A stretch of 64,000 nucleotides of DNA from Methanocorpusculum sp. (GTDB taxonomy: Archaea; Halobacteriota; Methanomicrobia; Methanomicrobiales; Methanocorpusculaceae). Shown piece after piece: positions 11,167-22,131 of this stretch (its first letter is position 1; each line of letters begins with the position of its first letter). The position numbers were made by a program, and so were the translations under genes. The notes beneath the pieces are model-generated. The model did not search any database. It was not told the origin of the DNA and saw only the letters and a list, made by a program, of their open reading frames with translations. The stretch lies in assembly GCA_029987245.1 (NCBI GenBank), contig DALTWG010000001.1:873-64872 (forward strand), read 5' to 3'.

Positions 11167-13530
11167 ATGACCCGCCATCAAACACCCGCGACCGGCCTTA
11201 CCGCGCCGCAAGTCCGCGAAAGAAAAAACAGCGGCCTTGGCAACGATACCAGCATCAAAGTAAGCAAAAGCGTCTTTCAGATATTTGTCACCAACATCTT
11301 CACCTACTTCAACCTCATCTTCGCCGTCCTCGGCGTCTTCGTCTGCACCGCCTTCGATGGAAAAGACTGGTCTTTTATCTTCCAACTCTCCTTTCTCCTC
11401 GTCGTTATCGCAAACACCATAATCGGCATCGTACAGGAACTGCGCGCAAAACGTGTTCTTGACAAAATGATTATCCTCAACGCACCGAAAACAACCGTCA
11501 TCCGCGACGGAGTAACAGCAACAATCCCCTCCGCCGACCTGGTAAAAGACGACCTCATCATCTTAAACGCAGGAAACACAATACCCGCAGACGCCCGCAT
11601 CTGCACCGGCACAGTCGCTGTCAATGAATCACTTCTTACCGGAGAAGAACGCGAAATCAAAAAACAGCCCGGCGACGAACTCTTTTCAGGAAGCTGGATA
11701 GCTGCCGGAACCTGCACCGCCATACTGGAAAAAGTAGGCAGCGAATCCTATGCCGCAAAACTCTCGGTAGAAGCAAAAAAGATGAAACGCAGCGAACAGT
11801 CAGAAATGACCGTTTCAGTAAACAACCTGCTGAAATGGATAGGCATAATCATTCTGCCGGTGGGCATACTGCTTTTCATCAACTCCTTCGTCGCGCAGGC
11901 AAACACCTATGCAAACAGCGTGTTTTCAGTCGCCGGCGCAATAACCGCAATGATTCCCGAAGGCCTCTATCTTCTGATGTCAGTCGTACTTGCCGTCGGC
12001 ACCGTCCGGCTTGCAAAACGCAGAGTTCTGCTCCATGAAATGAAAAGCATCGAGTCGCTTGCCCGTGTCGATATATTGTGCGTGGATAAAACCGGCACCA
12101 TTACCCAGCCGAAAATGCAAATAGCCTCCGTCATGGAATTTACCGCCGGCGCGGCAGATAAACTCAAGACCTATGTATCCGATGCGGTTGACAGCAACAG
12201 CACGATGCAGGCATTGAAAGAATATTATGCTGATGCAACGGGCACGGGCGAAAACGCCGCGCCTGCGCTTGCACCGCTTGAAGTCACTGCCTTTTCCTCG
12301 TCGACAAAATACGGATTCATCCGCTACGCGGATGAAACACTCTATCTTGGAGCGCCGGAATTTCTCTTAAGCGGCGATGCACTTGCAAAATTCAGCGCGG
12401 CAACGCTTGAGAATATAAAAAAAGGCGAGCGGGTGCTTGTTCTTGCAAAAGAATCCGACACGGAAAAAACCGCAATTGCCGCAGTGATGCTCAATAACGC
12501 CCTGCGGGAAAATGCAGTCGAGACATTTTCCTATTTTTACAGCCAGGGCGTAGCAATCAAGGTCATTTCCGGTGACAATCCTGTTACTGTATCAGAAGTC
12601 GCCCGCCGGGCCGGTATTGAAGGCGCAGAAAAGTATGTGGACGCGACAACACTTGTCTCTGAGGAGGATATTGAAAAAGCCGCGACCGCATACACCGTAT
12701 TTGGCAGAGTAACACCGGCACAGAAAAGAAGTCTGGTTCTTGCCCTGAAAAAAGCAGGTCATACCGTTGCCATGACCGGCGACGGCGTTAATGACATCCT
12801 TGCCATGAAAGATGCCGACTGCAGTATTGCCATGGCATCAGGCAGCGATGCCGCCTGTCAGGCATCCCAGGTCGTTTTGCTGGATTCTGATTTCTCCTGC
12901 ATGCCTGATGTTGTTTTGGAAGGCCGGCGCGCAATCAACAATCTCCAGCGCTCGGCAATTCTTTTCCTCTCCAAGAACACGTTCTCCCTGATTCTTTCAC
13001 TGATGGCGCTGATTCTCTGCTTTACCTATCCGCTGCAGCCGTCGCAAATTATGATTGTAAGTGTCTTTACCATAGGCCTTCCCGGTCTGCTTCTGGCGGT
13101 CGAGCCAAACAAAGCAAGAATCAAGGGTAAATTTATCAAAAATGTGCTGCTGAAAGCGCTTCCCGCCGGAATTACCAGTTCTCTTTCGATAACGGTTATG
13201 GCACTCTACGGCGCCTGGGACCATGCAAACCCGTCAGTTCTTGCTACGTGCGCGACTATAGTTCTTGCAACAGTCGGGTTCATGATTCTTCGGCGCATCA
13301 GTTCTCCGATGAGCAAATACCGGGTGTTTGTGTATCTGTTCAGCATTGCAGGTTTTATTGCAGCGGCTTTGTTTTTGCCATGGTTCTTCGGCCTGGTGGC
13401 GCTGCCGGTTGAGGATATTATCGCGGTTGCGCTTATTATTGCTGTTGCAGAGGGGGTCTTCTACTTTGTTTCAAAAGGAGTGGACAGAATTCTGGATAAG
13501 GAGATGAAAAAAGATGCAGCCCGAACTTAA
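11167..13530 (+). CDS. Cation-translocating P-type ATPase (CtpE-like)
   Basis: ESLLTGE, IPEGL, DKTGT phosphorylation site, ISGDN, MTGDGVND, multiple TM helices. Confidence 0.92.
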   Translation: MTRHQTPATGLTAPQVRERKNSGLGNDTSIKVSKSVFQIFVTNIFTYFNLIFAVLGVFVCTAFDGKDWSFIFQLSFLLVVIANTIIGIVQELRAKRVLDKMIILNAPKTTVIRDGVTATIPSADLVKDDLIILNAGNTIPADARICTGTVAVNESLLTGEEREIKKQPGDELFSGSWIAAGTCTAILEKVGSESYAAKLSVEAKKMKRSEQSEMTVSVNNLLKWIGIIILPVGILLFINSFVAQANTYANSVFSVAGAITAMIPEGLYLLMSVVLAVGTVRLAKRRVLLHEMKSIESLARVDILCVDKTGTITQPKMQIASVMEFTAGAADKLKTYVSDAVDSNSTMQALKEYYADATGTGENAAPALAPLEVTAFSSSTKYGFIRYADETLYLGAPEFLLSGDALAKFSAATLENIKKGERVLVLAKESDTEKTAIAAVMLNNALRENAVETFSYFYSQGVAIKVISGDNPVTVSEVARRAGIEGAEKYVDATTLVSEEDIEKAATAYTVFGRVTPAQKRSLVLALKKAGHTVAMTGDGVNDILAMKDADCSIAMASGSDAACQASQVVLLDSDFSCMPDVVLEGRRAINNLQRSAILFLSKNTFSLILSLMALILCFTYPLQPSQIMIVSVFTIGLPGLLLAVEPNKARIKGKFIKNVLLKALPAGITSSLSITVMALYGAWDHANPSVLATCATIVLATVGFMILRRISSPMSKYRVFVYLFSIAGFIAAALFLPWFFGLVALPVEDIIAVALIIAVAEGVFYFVSKGVDRILDKEMKKDAART

Positions 13531-13650
13531 CAGTTGCATCACATTCAATGATTTCTCTTTCAAAACTCTGATATAACAATCACTAACGAAATCAAAACAG
13601 AAAAAAATGCGGGAACCAAAGTTCCCTATTACACAACAAACCAAAACGCC

Positions 13651-13923
13651 TTAACGCTTCGACTTTGCCTTTGCGCCCATCATGGAAGCCTTCGAGCGGC
13701 GGATCCGGCGGCGGACTCTCTCGTCTGCTACCTTCGGACCGCGACCGCGGCCCTGCTGCTGGGAGTTTGCCATGCGGCTCTCAATCTTGGTTACGATAGC
13801 TGCTCTCTTGAATCTCTGATTCGGTCCCGGCTTCTTGACCTCGCCCTCTTTCTGGGGGACAAGGCGAATCTGACCGTTGACACCTTTTACCTGGTGCCAG
13901 TTAATACTGCCTGTTTTGCCCAT
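13651..13923 (-). CDS. Small basic conserved protein (DUF5350-like)
   Basis: MGKTGSINWHQVKGVNGQIRLVP...GPNQRFK, Arg/Lys-rich. Confidence 0.7.
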   Translation of the reverse strand: MGKTGSINWHQVKGVNGQIRLVPQKEGEVKKPGPNQRFKRAAIVTKIESRMANSQQQGRGRGPKVADERVRRRIRRSKASMMGAKAKSKR

Positions 13924-13995
13924 ATTTTGAACTCCTTATCTTGTTGGTTTCACATTCACTTAAAGATATCTCTCTGACACGCCGAATGTTCCTCC

Positions 13996-15828
13996 TTAGA
14001 GGACCTTTCCAAGCTCGTCATTTAAGACCTCGGAAACGACTTTCCCGTCGATTCTGCCGCGTACCTCCTTCATAACAACGCCCATCACCGGACCAAGCGC
14101 CGCTTTGCCGCGCGATTTAATAAACTCCACGCGCTCGGAAACGACACCCTTCACCAGCTTTTCCAAATCATCGCGCGAGAACGCCGGCGCCACTTTGGAG
14201 ATAGCCTCCTGCACCGGCATACCCTTTGCGCAGGCAGTAAGGATATCCTGGACCGCCTCTTTTGCCGCCTGCCCGGCCTCAATCGCCTTCATGACACCGA
14301 TAAGGGCGTCATCGGAAATTTTGTCCACATCCACATTCAGGCGGCCGAGCTCTTTAAGCGTGCCAAGAATCGTACGGGCGGCAAAGACCGGACGCACACC
14401 TTCAGAAACCGCGCGCTCAAACAGCGGCAGCTTCTCCGAATATGCCATCTGATGCGCCATACCCTCATCAAGACCCAGCTCGCCGGCAAACTTCTGTTCC
14501 TTCACCGTCAGCAGGTCCGGAATCTGAATTGACGCAAAATACTCATCCGAGACCGGAACCGGTAAAATATCAGTCTCCGGATACATGCGGGCCGCCCCCG
14601 GGAGCGGACGCATATACGCAGTAGAGCCGCCCTCAAGCATCTTGCGCGTCTCCTCCGGCACGCCCTCAAAAGCCATGCGGGCGCGCCTGATAATCATCTG
14701 CATCGCACACCGGCATTTCTCCTCGGTTGCAGCAACAATTACGACTGCATCATCCTTACCGGCGCCAAGCGTCTCTTTGAGGACCTTAACCTCGTCGGCG
14801 GTTACGCCGTAGTTCGGCAGCTCGTCGGTGTGGAACAGACCGCCCACACCGCACTTCTTTGCGTAATCAGACATTTCCGAGCCAAGCCGCCGCCCCGGCT
14901 GGATTTCAAGACCAACCAGACCGTTGAAACCGTGCAGGACCGTTCCCAGAATAACTTTTGCCTTCTTTAACACATTCGATTTCGTGCCGGCAAAGACCTG
15001 CGTTACGTCATACACCTCGCCGTTGACAAGCGCATTGCGGGCCACTAATTCATCCCGGATGGCAAGAAGAGAGAGCTGTCTCTGCACCTCGCGCCGGACC
15101 ACCTCGGCGATTAAATCAAGTTCCTGCACGCCCTTGATTTCCACACGGGCGCCGTCGGCGATGGAAACATTCACATCCTGACGGATGGTGCCAAGACCGC
15201 GCTTTACCCGCCCGGTTGAACGCAGCGTCATGCCGATGTACTGCGCAACATCGTGGACCTCTTCGGGTGTGTGCATGCACGGCGCCGTGGTGATTTCAAT
15301 GAGCGGAATGCCGAGGCGGTCCACCGACCAGATGGTGCCTTCAACCCGCTGGCAGGCGTCTTCCTCGACCGCCACCGTCTCAATCCGGCAGGTATCGGCG
15401 ACCGCGCCGTTGAGCGCCACAAGCGCCGTGCGCTGGAAGCCGCTTGTTGCCGAGCCGTCAACAATCATTTTGCGCATAGTGTGGACTTCCGCAAGAGGCG
15501 TCATTTTAAACATTTTGGCGATGGTGAGGACAATATCAAGCGCATCGCGGTTCAGCGGCGCGGGCGGTTCTTCATCGATTTCCACAAGACCGGTGGTGTC
15601 ATACGTGTAGTAGGTAAACAGCCGGTCCTGCATGAGTTCCTCTTTTGCCGCCCGGTCGACATCACCCATCTCCGAGGCTGCAACCCGGAGATAGCGGTGT
15701 ACCTCACCGGTGTGCTCGGCCGAGTCGCGAATTACCGTCGGCGAGTGACAGAACAGTTTTTCTTTGGTGTTCAACTGCTGGTGAATTTCAATACCGGCCT
15801 TAAGACCGAGGGCTTTGTAGTCTACCAT
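13996..15828 (-). CDS. gatE: Glu-tRNA(Gln) amidotransferase subunit E
   Basis: GLKAGIEIHQQL, DRLGIPLIEI, VKRGLGTIRQDVNVSI, RPLPGAARMYPETD. Confidence 0.97.
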   Translation of the reverse strand: MVDYKALGLKAGIEIHQQLNTKEKLFCHSPTVIRDSAEHTGEVHRYLRVAASEMGDVDRAAKEELMQDRLFTYYTYDTTGLVEIDEEPPAPLNRDALDIVLTIAKMFKMTPLAEVHTMRKMIVDGSATSGFQRTALVALNGAVADTCRIETVAVEEDACQRVEGTIWSVDRLGIPLIEITTAPCMHTPEEVHDVAQYIGMTLRSTGRVKRGLGTIRQDVNVSIADGARVEIKGVQELDLIAEVVRREVQRQLSLLAIRDELVARNALVNGEVYDVTQVFAGTKSNVLKKAKVILGTVLHGFNGLVGLEIQPGRRLGSEMSDYAKKCGVGGLFHTDELPNYGVTADEVKVLKETLGAGKDDAVVIVAATEEKCRCAMQMIIRRARMAFEGVPEETRKMLEGGSTAYMRPLPGAARMYPETDILPVPVSDEYFASIQIPDLLTVKEQKFAGELGLDEGMAHQMAYSEKLPLFERAVSEGVRPVFAARTILGTLKELGRLNVDVDKISDDALIGVMKAIEAGQAAKEAVQDILTACAKGMPVQEAISKVAPAFSRDDLEKLVKGVVSERVEFIKSRGKAALGPVMGVVMKEVRGRIDGKVVSEVLNDELGKVL

Positions 15829-15829
15829 T

Positions 15830-17074
15830 TTAGGCACCTCCAAAATCAAATTCGCCTTTCAGATTTTTCTGCATAAGGGCGGCAGCGCCTCCTTCAGGTG
15901 CGTTTGCAAGCACCCACATCAGTTTTACCAGGGCAACCTCCGGAAGCATGGAGCCGCCTTCAATAACGCCCGCGTTCAAGAGGTCGCGGCCCGTTTCATA
16001 GACGCGGTCGCAGACCGAGCCTGCCTGGCACTGGGAGGTCATGACAACCGTTGTGCCCGCGTCAGCGAGGGCTTTGATTTTCGGGATGCAGTCGGTGCCC
16101 ACATGACCAAGTCCGGTGCCGGCGATAACAAGTCCCTTATATCCGGCGAATGCATCGAGAACCGCCGGGTTCATGCCCGGATAGTACTGCAGCAATCCGC
16201 AGTGCGGCTCAAGTTTATCATGGAGCGCAAGAGCATTGACCCCGCGGCGGACCGCATCAGAGGCAAGGTGTACCGCCCCTTCCGGATAGGTGACAGAACC
16301 CACCGGGGCTCTGCCGATGCTCTGGAAAGCGTCCCGGCGCGAGGTGTGGTTCTTTCGAACACGGGTTGCGCGGTGCAGGGAGCATGCCATGTCATCGGAG
16401 GTCGCATGCATACAGACCACAACCTCGCCGAGTTCGCTAATACCCGCCTTTGCAGAGCATATTGCATTCATGGCGTTATCTGACGAGGGGCGGTCAGCGC
16501 TTCTCTGTGCGCCGACGAAAATAACCGGGGCAGGGGTGTCAAGCATGAAAGAAAGTGCCGCCGCACTGTAGAGCATCGTGTCGGTGCCGTGGGTAATGAT
16601 AATGCCTTTTGCCCCGGATTCAAGTTCAGCATAGACAGCGCGGGCAAGCTCCTGCCACATCACCGGGTTCATGTTTTCAGAGAGCACATTAAACGGCTGC
16701 AGGGTGTGATACTGCGCAATTTTTGCAAGTTCGGGGATGCTGCGTAAAATATCTTCGGCGGTGAATTTGGAAGACACTGCGCCGGTCCGGTAATCCACGG
16801 TGCTTGCAATCGTTCCGCCGGTCGAGATAATGGAAAGTTTTGGAAGACTTGCGTCCTGCGCGGGGGCAGCCGGTTTTTCTGCGGTCTGTGCCGCGGCGGA
16901 GGCTGCTGCCTCCCCTTCAACCTCGCGGAGCGTACAGAGATTTTCCGGCACGCAGATATTGTATCCGCTGGATAATTTTACGATGGCATTGCTGCCTGCT
17001 GCATTAATGTAAATGCCTTGTAAGGTGAGTCCTGCAAATGCGACGCTCACCGGGTCACTGTTTGAAAATGTCAT
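15830..17074 (-). CDS. gatD: Glu-tRNA(Gln) amidotransferase subunit D
   Basis: STGGTIASTVDYRTGAV, HGTDT, GAQRSADRPSSD. Adjacent to gatE. Confidence 0.96.
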   Translation of the reverse strand: MTFSNSDPVSVAFAGLTLQGIYINAAGSNAIVKLSSGYNICVPENLCTLREVEGEAAASAAAQTAEKPAAPAQDASLPKLSIISTGGTIASTVDYRTGAVSSKFTAEDILRSIPELAKIAQYHTLQPFNVLSENMNPVMWQELARAVYAELESGAKGIIITHGTDTMLYSAAALSFMLDTPAPVIFVGAQRSADRPSSDNAMNAICSAKAGISELGEVVVCMHATSDDMACSLHRATRVRKNHTSRRDAFQSIGRAPVGSVTYPEGAVHLASDAVRRGVNALALHDKLEPHCGLLQYYPGMNPAVLDAFAGYKGLVIAGTGLGHVGTDCIPKIKALADAGTTVVMTSQCQAGSVCDRVYETGRDLLNAGVIEGGSMLPEVALVKLMWVLANAPEGGAAALMQKNLKGEFDFGGA

Positions 17075-18546
17075 GCTAATTCCTGTATTTTTGCTGCTAT
17101 TTTTTCGTCTGCGTCTTCGAGTGCATCACGCAGGATGTCGGAAGTAACCTCGTCCTGCACCAGCTGAATATCGGCAACCTGAATCGCCTTTTTGACCAGT
17201 TTCGGATTCGGCGAGCCAAACGTCTTCTTCGCTTTCAGATTCTCGCGCGGGTTGAGCACTTTGTCAATCAGGCTTTGCGTCAGCCCTTTCTTTTTTAAAG
17301 ACCCCGCCCCGACTTCTTTAGCCGCTTTTTCCAGTGTTTCAAGGTCAAGGCTGCCTAATTTAACCGCCCGGCCGACAATATTGTGCGATGTCCTGAAAGG
17401 AAGGTTGTATTCGCGCACCATGAAGTCGGCAAGTTCCGTTGCGGTCGTGTTGCCGGCTTTTGCCTGCTTTTTCATGGCTGCCTCGTCAAACTCCGCGGTG
17501 TCGACAATTTCTGCAAGAAGCGACAAAGATGCGCCGACTTGCGAAAAAGCACTCCAGAGATGCGGGTTTAAGTCCTGCAAATCCCGGTTGTAACTCATGG
17601 GCAGGGATTTGACAAGAGTAAGGCCTGAAGCCAGTTCGCCGCAGACGGCAGCGGATTTCGCCCGCATAATTTCAAGGGTGTCGGGGTTTTTCTTCTGGGG
17701 CATGATGCTCGAGGTCGAGCAGTAAGCGTCATTTAAAACAACGAAGTGCACCAGGGGACTTGACCAGAGGATGAGTTCCTCGCACATGCGGCTGACGTTT
17801 GTCATGAGAATGGAGAGGTCCGCAAGGCTTTCGAGAATGAAATCCCGGTTTGCAACGCCATCCATGGAGTTTTCCATGGGGCTCGCAAAGCCGAGGAGTT
17901 CTGCGGTATAGTCCCGGTCCAGATTAAAGCCGGTGCCTGCGAATGCGGCGCTTCCCAGCGGGCATTTGTTGAGGCGGGCGTAGGTGTCGAAGATGCGCGA
18001 GCTGTCGCGGGCGAAGAGGTTCTCATAGGAGAGAAGATAGTGCGCTAAGGTTGTCGGCTGCGCATGCTGAAGATGAGTAAAGCCCGGCATAAGGGTGTTG
18101 ATGTGTTCTTCGGCCCGCGCTAAAAGCACGCGGCGCAGTTCAAAGGTGCCCGCTAAAGTCTGCAAAAGGAGTTCGCGGGTGCGCATTTTCAGGCAGGTCG
18201 CTACTTCGTCGTTGCGGGACCGGCCTAAATGCATGCGGCCGCCGGCGTCGGCGCCCGCGTCTTCTATAAGGCAGGCTTCGATTCCTGCATGGATGTCTTC
18301 GCGTGTTTCGTCGAAGGCGCCGTCCGGGACGCCGTTTTCAAGGTAGCCGTGCAGGACGGTTAGGAGTTTTTTTGCTGACGCAGAGTCTATTAACTGCTGT
18401 TTTTCAAGCATCAGGACGTGCGCCATGTCGACTTTGAGGTCGCAGACGGCTATCTCGCGGTCGGCACGCATGGAAGAAAGATAGTCTTCCACCAGAGCGC
18501 TTCGCTCGGCGTCAAGTCTGCCGCTTCGTATTTGATCTGTTGCCAT
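17071..18546 (-). CDS. argH: Argininosuccinate lyase
   Basis: GRSRNDEV, MPGFTHLQHAQP, SSIMPQKKNPD, YNRDLQ. Confidence 0.97.
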   Translation of the reverse strand: MATDQIRSGRLDAERSALVEDYLSSMRADREIAVCDLKVDMAHVLMLEKQQLIDSASAKKLLTVLHGYLENGVPDGAFDETREDIHAGIEACLIEDAGADAGGRMHLGRSRNDEVATCLKMRTRELLLQTLAGTFELRRVLLARAEEHINTLMPGFTHLQHAQPTTLAHYLLSYENLFARDSSRIFDTYARLNKCPLGSAAFAGTGFNLDRDYTAELLGFASPMENSMDGVANRDFILESLADLSILMTNVSRMCEELILWSSPLVHFVVLNDAYCSTSSIMPQKKNPDTLEIMRAKSAAVCGELASGLTLVKSLPMSYNRDLQDLNPHLWSAFSQVGASLSLLAEIVDTAEFDEAAMKKQAKAGNTTATELADFMVREYNLPFRTSHNIVGRAVKLGSLDLETLEKAAKEVGAGSLKKKGLTQSLIDKVLNPRENLKAKKTFGSPNPKLVKKAIQVADIQLVQDEVTSDILRDALEDADEKIAAKIQELA

Positions 18547-18663
18547 GAGTTGTTAATACCACTATTATATATGCGCTGGTGAGATATGTAGTTCTCTGTT
18601 TGGAGGGCTGGTTAAAAATCACCGGTTTTGGTCAAACCGGAAAAAGAGAAAATGGATAGACGG

Positions 18664-19764
18664 TTATCCGAAATATGACTCGAAATCCGCGCCGTCAGCC
18701 CCGCGCGCCTCCCCTGCCTTCGAAAGCCGCGCAATATGCTTCAGCCGTGCAAGGTAAGGCACCTGCACCGCCGGAAGAAGTGCAGAAACAATCCGGTCAA
18801 CCTCCGCCGGCGAATATTCCTTTACAACATCCTCTGTCTCCTTGGGAAACGCCTTTTTCATCAGAGAAAAAGACATAACCTCCTTTTGCAGCCCGGCGGG
18901 GACCTTGAGCAGCGCATCGTCGCCGAAGACAATTTTTGAAACCATCCGGGGCGCCGGTGCCGGCAGGAATGCTTCGAGCGCTTCAATATGGCCCGCATTC
19001 TGCTTCACCGGGTTGTAGAGTTTTGTCTTGTACCCGTTGTCATACGAAACATTCCACTGTTTCATCCCTGCAGCACCGGTAACAAGCCCGGAATAGTTTT
19101 TGCACTCAATGACATAGACGCCTGAAACATGCACCAGCAGGCAGTCGATTTCTGTATATTTCCCGCGGCCAAGCGGGACGTAGAGATTGGATAAAACTTT
19201 GTGATAACCCTTGATTTTATTGCTTTTCAGAAACGCTGCGACATCGTCTTCAAACTCCGCGCCCCTGGTATATGAAGTGAGGCGCAGATAACATGCCTTT
19301 GCCTCGGACTCTGACATTTTGGAAAGGTCTTTGATTTTAGGCCAGGCAATGCGGGAATCAAATTCGTCCAGACTGCTTTGTGTGTCTTCTTTCCAGAGGT
19401 CGGCATACGCCTCATAGCCTTCGGCGCAGACTGCATCGCCGCCGGCTTCCTTAGCTGAAGATGCTGCCGCGGTTTTTGCCTTCGGCTTCGGCTTCGGATT
19501 TGCCGGGCTTTTTTTCGCCGGGCTTGCGATTTTTGCCGCCTGCTTTGGTTTCTGTTTTGCATCCTCCTTTGCTTCCTGCTTCGCATCCGCTTTCGCCTGC
19601 GGTTTTGTCCCGTTTTTCTTTTTCACGGCGGATTTTGCGGGCTGTGCCCTCTTTTTCTTTTTGGCGCCCTTTTTTTTGCGCCCGGCGTATATATAAATAA
19701 AAAAGCCGGTGAGAAGCGCAAGAAGCGCTAAAACAAGGATTACCCAGAGCCAGATTATATCCAT
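18664..19764 (-). CDS. Membrane-anchored NERD-domain nuclease-related protein
   Basis: N-terminal TM, Lys/Ala-rich linker, NERD motifs GAEFE...EIDCLLVHVSGVYVIECKNYSG...NPVKQN. Confidence 0.85.
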   Translation of the reverse strand: MDIIWLWVILVLALLALLTGFFIYIYAGRKKKGAKKKKRAQPAKSAVKKKNGTKPQAKADAKQEAKEDAKQKPKQAAKIASPAKKSPANPKPKPKAKTAAASSAKEAGGDAVCAEGYEAYADLWKEDTQSSLDEFDSRIAWPKIKDLSKMSESEAKACYLRLTSYTRGAEFEDDVAAFLKSNKIKGYHKVLSNLYVPLGRGKYTEIDCLLVHVSGVYVIECKNYSGLVTGAAGMKQWNVSYDNGYKTKLYNPVKQNAGHIEALEAFLPAPAPRMVSKIVFGDDALLKVPAGLQKEVMSFSLMKKAFPKETEDVVKEYSPAEVDRIVSALLPAVQVPYLARLKHIARLSKAGEARGADGADFESYFG

Positions 19765-19767
19765 AAC

Positions 19768-22131
19768 TTATTCATACCCCGTGCCGCGCAGATAATGTCC
19801 CGCGGTCACGCCGCCGGAGGAAATTTCTCTGATTTCCTCTTTGAGCGCTTTTGCATCCCCGCCCTCGAGTGCTTTGCGGTAGATTGCCGTCATTCTGCGG
19901 ATATATTCAGGACTGCGGCCGCGTGCATCGATGGAAAAGACAAAAACACCGGCGGACGCCAGTTCTTTTACATACTGCACCAGACACGTTTCCGCGGAAT
20001 TTAAAATATGCGTCCGGTGGCTCGCATCAGACCTGATGCGGAAAACGCGGCCGGTTTTATCCTTCAATGCCCATGCCTGATTGCAGGCACGGCAGCCCTG
20101 AGCCGTTGCCGGGATGCAGTTCTCTGATATCATGACTTCCAGATTTCCCTGAACAAGGACCTCGACGCGCGGCGGGTGCGCGTAACCGGCAAGCCCTGCC
20201 ATCAGGCGGCGAATCTGCTTTCCGGAAAGCTCCGGCGAAAGACAAACCTGCCTGCAGAATCTGCCGGCGCGGTTTGCCGAGACGGCGTTTGTGATATTAA
20301 AGCCCGGACCGGCGAATTTTTCCACACCGCGGATGGAATCCGCCATCCCGGCATTGTCAATCATAACACCTTTCGCGGATGCGGGAATGGCAGCTATTTT
20401 TTTCTCGAATTCGTTTTCTGAGACAATTCGCGGGAGTTTATAGATTACGGGAATGTCATAGATTTCTTCTTTTCCCTCGAAGACGATCTGCTCAACGCCC
20501 GCGGAATACGCCGTTTTTGCACATACCACCGAATCGGTGTAGACCTGCAGAACCGGCGCAGTGCACGCCGCCGGTTTTGCCGGCGCCGGTACGGAAAATG
20601 CCCGGGCGCGGCGCTCCGGTTTTGCAAAAAGCCGCACCTCGCAGGCTTCTAAAAGCCTGCGGCGTGTATCGGCAACGGCGCCCTGCGGCATAAATTTCGT
20701 GCCGTCGTAGCCCATCTCAATCGAGCGCACAACAAATGGCGTCCCGCCGGTTTTGGAAATCTGCGCTTCAAGCTGTTCGCAGGAAAACGGCCGGTTTTTT
20801 GCCTCCATGAAGGGTATTTCCGATTTTGTGGAAATATCTCCGGCAGAAAGGACCAAAAAGCCGCCCTCGTCAACAGACGCGCTCACATCGAGCGGAATGC
20901 GCCCCTCCGGCGCTTTGGAAAGAAGCGCCGCGGCGCGCCGGTCGGTTTTCAGCCGGTGTGTTATCCAGAGTTCGGCGCCCTGGACCACATCTGCCGGCGC
21001 CGGAATTTTATAGGCGTCGCCTTCAGGGAAGATATACGGCTCTTTGTTCAGCGAAAGCCCTGATTCGCGCCCGGCAAACCGGAATACAATCCCGTCTCCC
21101 GTGTCCGGCACAGGACCTTCTATTTGTACAATCGCCTTGCCGCGCTTTTCATCAATGCCGGTAACCGTTCCGGCAAAAACGCCGCGGTTGTCCGGCTTTT
21201 TATAGTTCATGAACGCCGCGCCGCGATCTCCCATTAGATACCCCTTCGTAAAGCCGCGGTTGAACGCAAAAGCGAGGTCTTCCAAATCCTCCTTGCGCGG
21301 CTCGAATGTGCCATCAGCGACCGCATCAAGGGCGCGGCGGTAGATATTTGTGACCACCGCGACGTACTCCGGCGTCTTCATGCGGCCTTCGATTTTCAGC
21401 GCGGCAACGCCGGTTTCGCTGATTTCTTTAAGGTACGGATACAAACACAAATCCCGCGGCGATAAGACGTAATTTCCGTCTGTGGGAACCATGTCCCCGT
21501 CTGCAAGAAGCGTGTACTGCTTGCGGCAAGGCTGGGCGCACATGCCTCTGTTTCCGGAACGCCCGCCTATTACCGAGGAAAAGAGGCATTGACCAGAGTA
21601 GCAGTAGCAGATTGCCCCATGCACAAAAATCTCCAGTTCCACACCGCACTCAGCAGCTTGGGCCTGAATTGCTTTCAGATTTGCAAGACTCGTCTCGCGG
21701 GCGAGGACCACGCGGGAGATGCCCTGCGACGCCGCATAACGGATGCCTTCGGCATTATGCAGCGTCATCTGGGTGCTTGCATGAACAGGCATATCAGGCG
21801 CAACCTCGCGGGCGGTTTCTAAAACGCCCGCGTCCTGTACGAGGACTGCGTCTACGCCCGCGTCTGAGAGGAAGGTGAGGTAGTCTGCCACCTCGGGAAG
21901 TTCATCATCGAAAACGATAGTATTTACCGTGACATAGACTTTGACGCCGTATCTGTGCGCAAATTCCACCGCGCGCGCGATATCAGCGTTGGAAAAATTC
22001 GCTGCATAGGCGCGGGCACCGAAGTTTTTTCCGCCGAGATATACGGCGTCAGCGCCGGCAAAAACCGCCGCTTTCAGGGCGTCAAACGAGCCGGCAGGCG
22101 CCAGCAGTTCCGGAATTTTTATTTTGGTCAT
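19768..22131 (-). CDS. U32 family protein, long RlhA-like (probable RNA hydroxylation)
   Basis: PELLAPAG, GADAVY, HASTQ, CYCYSGQC, SGNRGMCAQPCR, KIEGRMK, extended C-terminal domain. Confidence 0.88.
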   Translation of the reverse strand: MTKIKIPELLAPAGSFDALKAAVFAGADAVYLGGKNFGARAYAANFSNADIARAVEFAHRYGVKVYVTVNTIVFDDELPEVADYLTFLSDAGVDAVLVQDAGVLETAREVAPDMPVHASTQMTLHNAEGIRYAASQGISRVVLARETSLANLKAIQAQAAECGVELEIFVHGAICYCYSGQCLFSSVIGGRSGNRGMCAQPCRKQYTLLADGDMVPTDGNYVLSPRDLCLYPYLKEISETGVAALKIEGRMKTPEYVAVVTNIYRRALDAVADGTFEPRKEDLEDLAFAFNRGFTKGYLMGDRGAAFMNYKKPDNRGVFAGTVTGIDEKRGKAIVQIEGPVPDTGDGIVFRFAGRESGLSLNKEPYIFPEGDAYKIPAPADVVQGAELWITHRLKTDRRAAALLSKAPEGRIPLDVSASVDEGGFLVLSAGDISTKSEIPFMEAKNRPFSCEQLEAQISKTGGTPFVVRSIEMGYDGTKFMPQGAVADTRRRLLEACEVRLFAKPERRARAFSVPAPAKPAACTAPVLQVYTDSVVCAKTAYSAGVEQIVFEGKEEIYDIPVIYKLPRIVSENEFEKKIAAIPASAKGVMIDNAGMADSIRGVEKFAGPGFNITNAVSANRAGRFCRQVCLSPELSGKQIRRLMAGLAGYAHPPRVEVLVQGNLEVMISENCIPATAQGCRACNQAWALKDKTGRVFRIRSDASHRTHILNSAETCLVQYVKELASAGVFVFSIDARGRSPEYIRRMTAIYRKALEGGDAKALKEEIREISSGGVTAGHYLRGTGYE

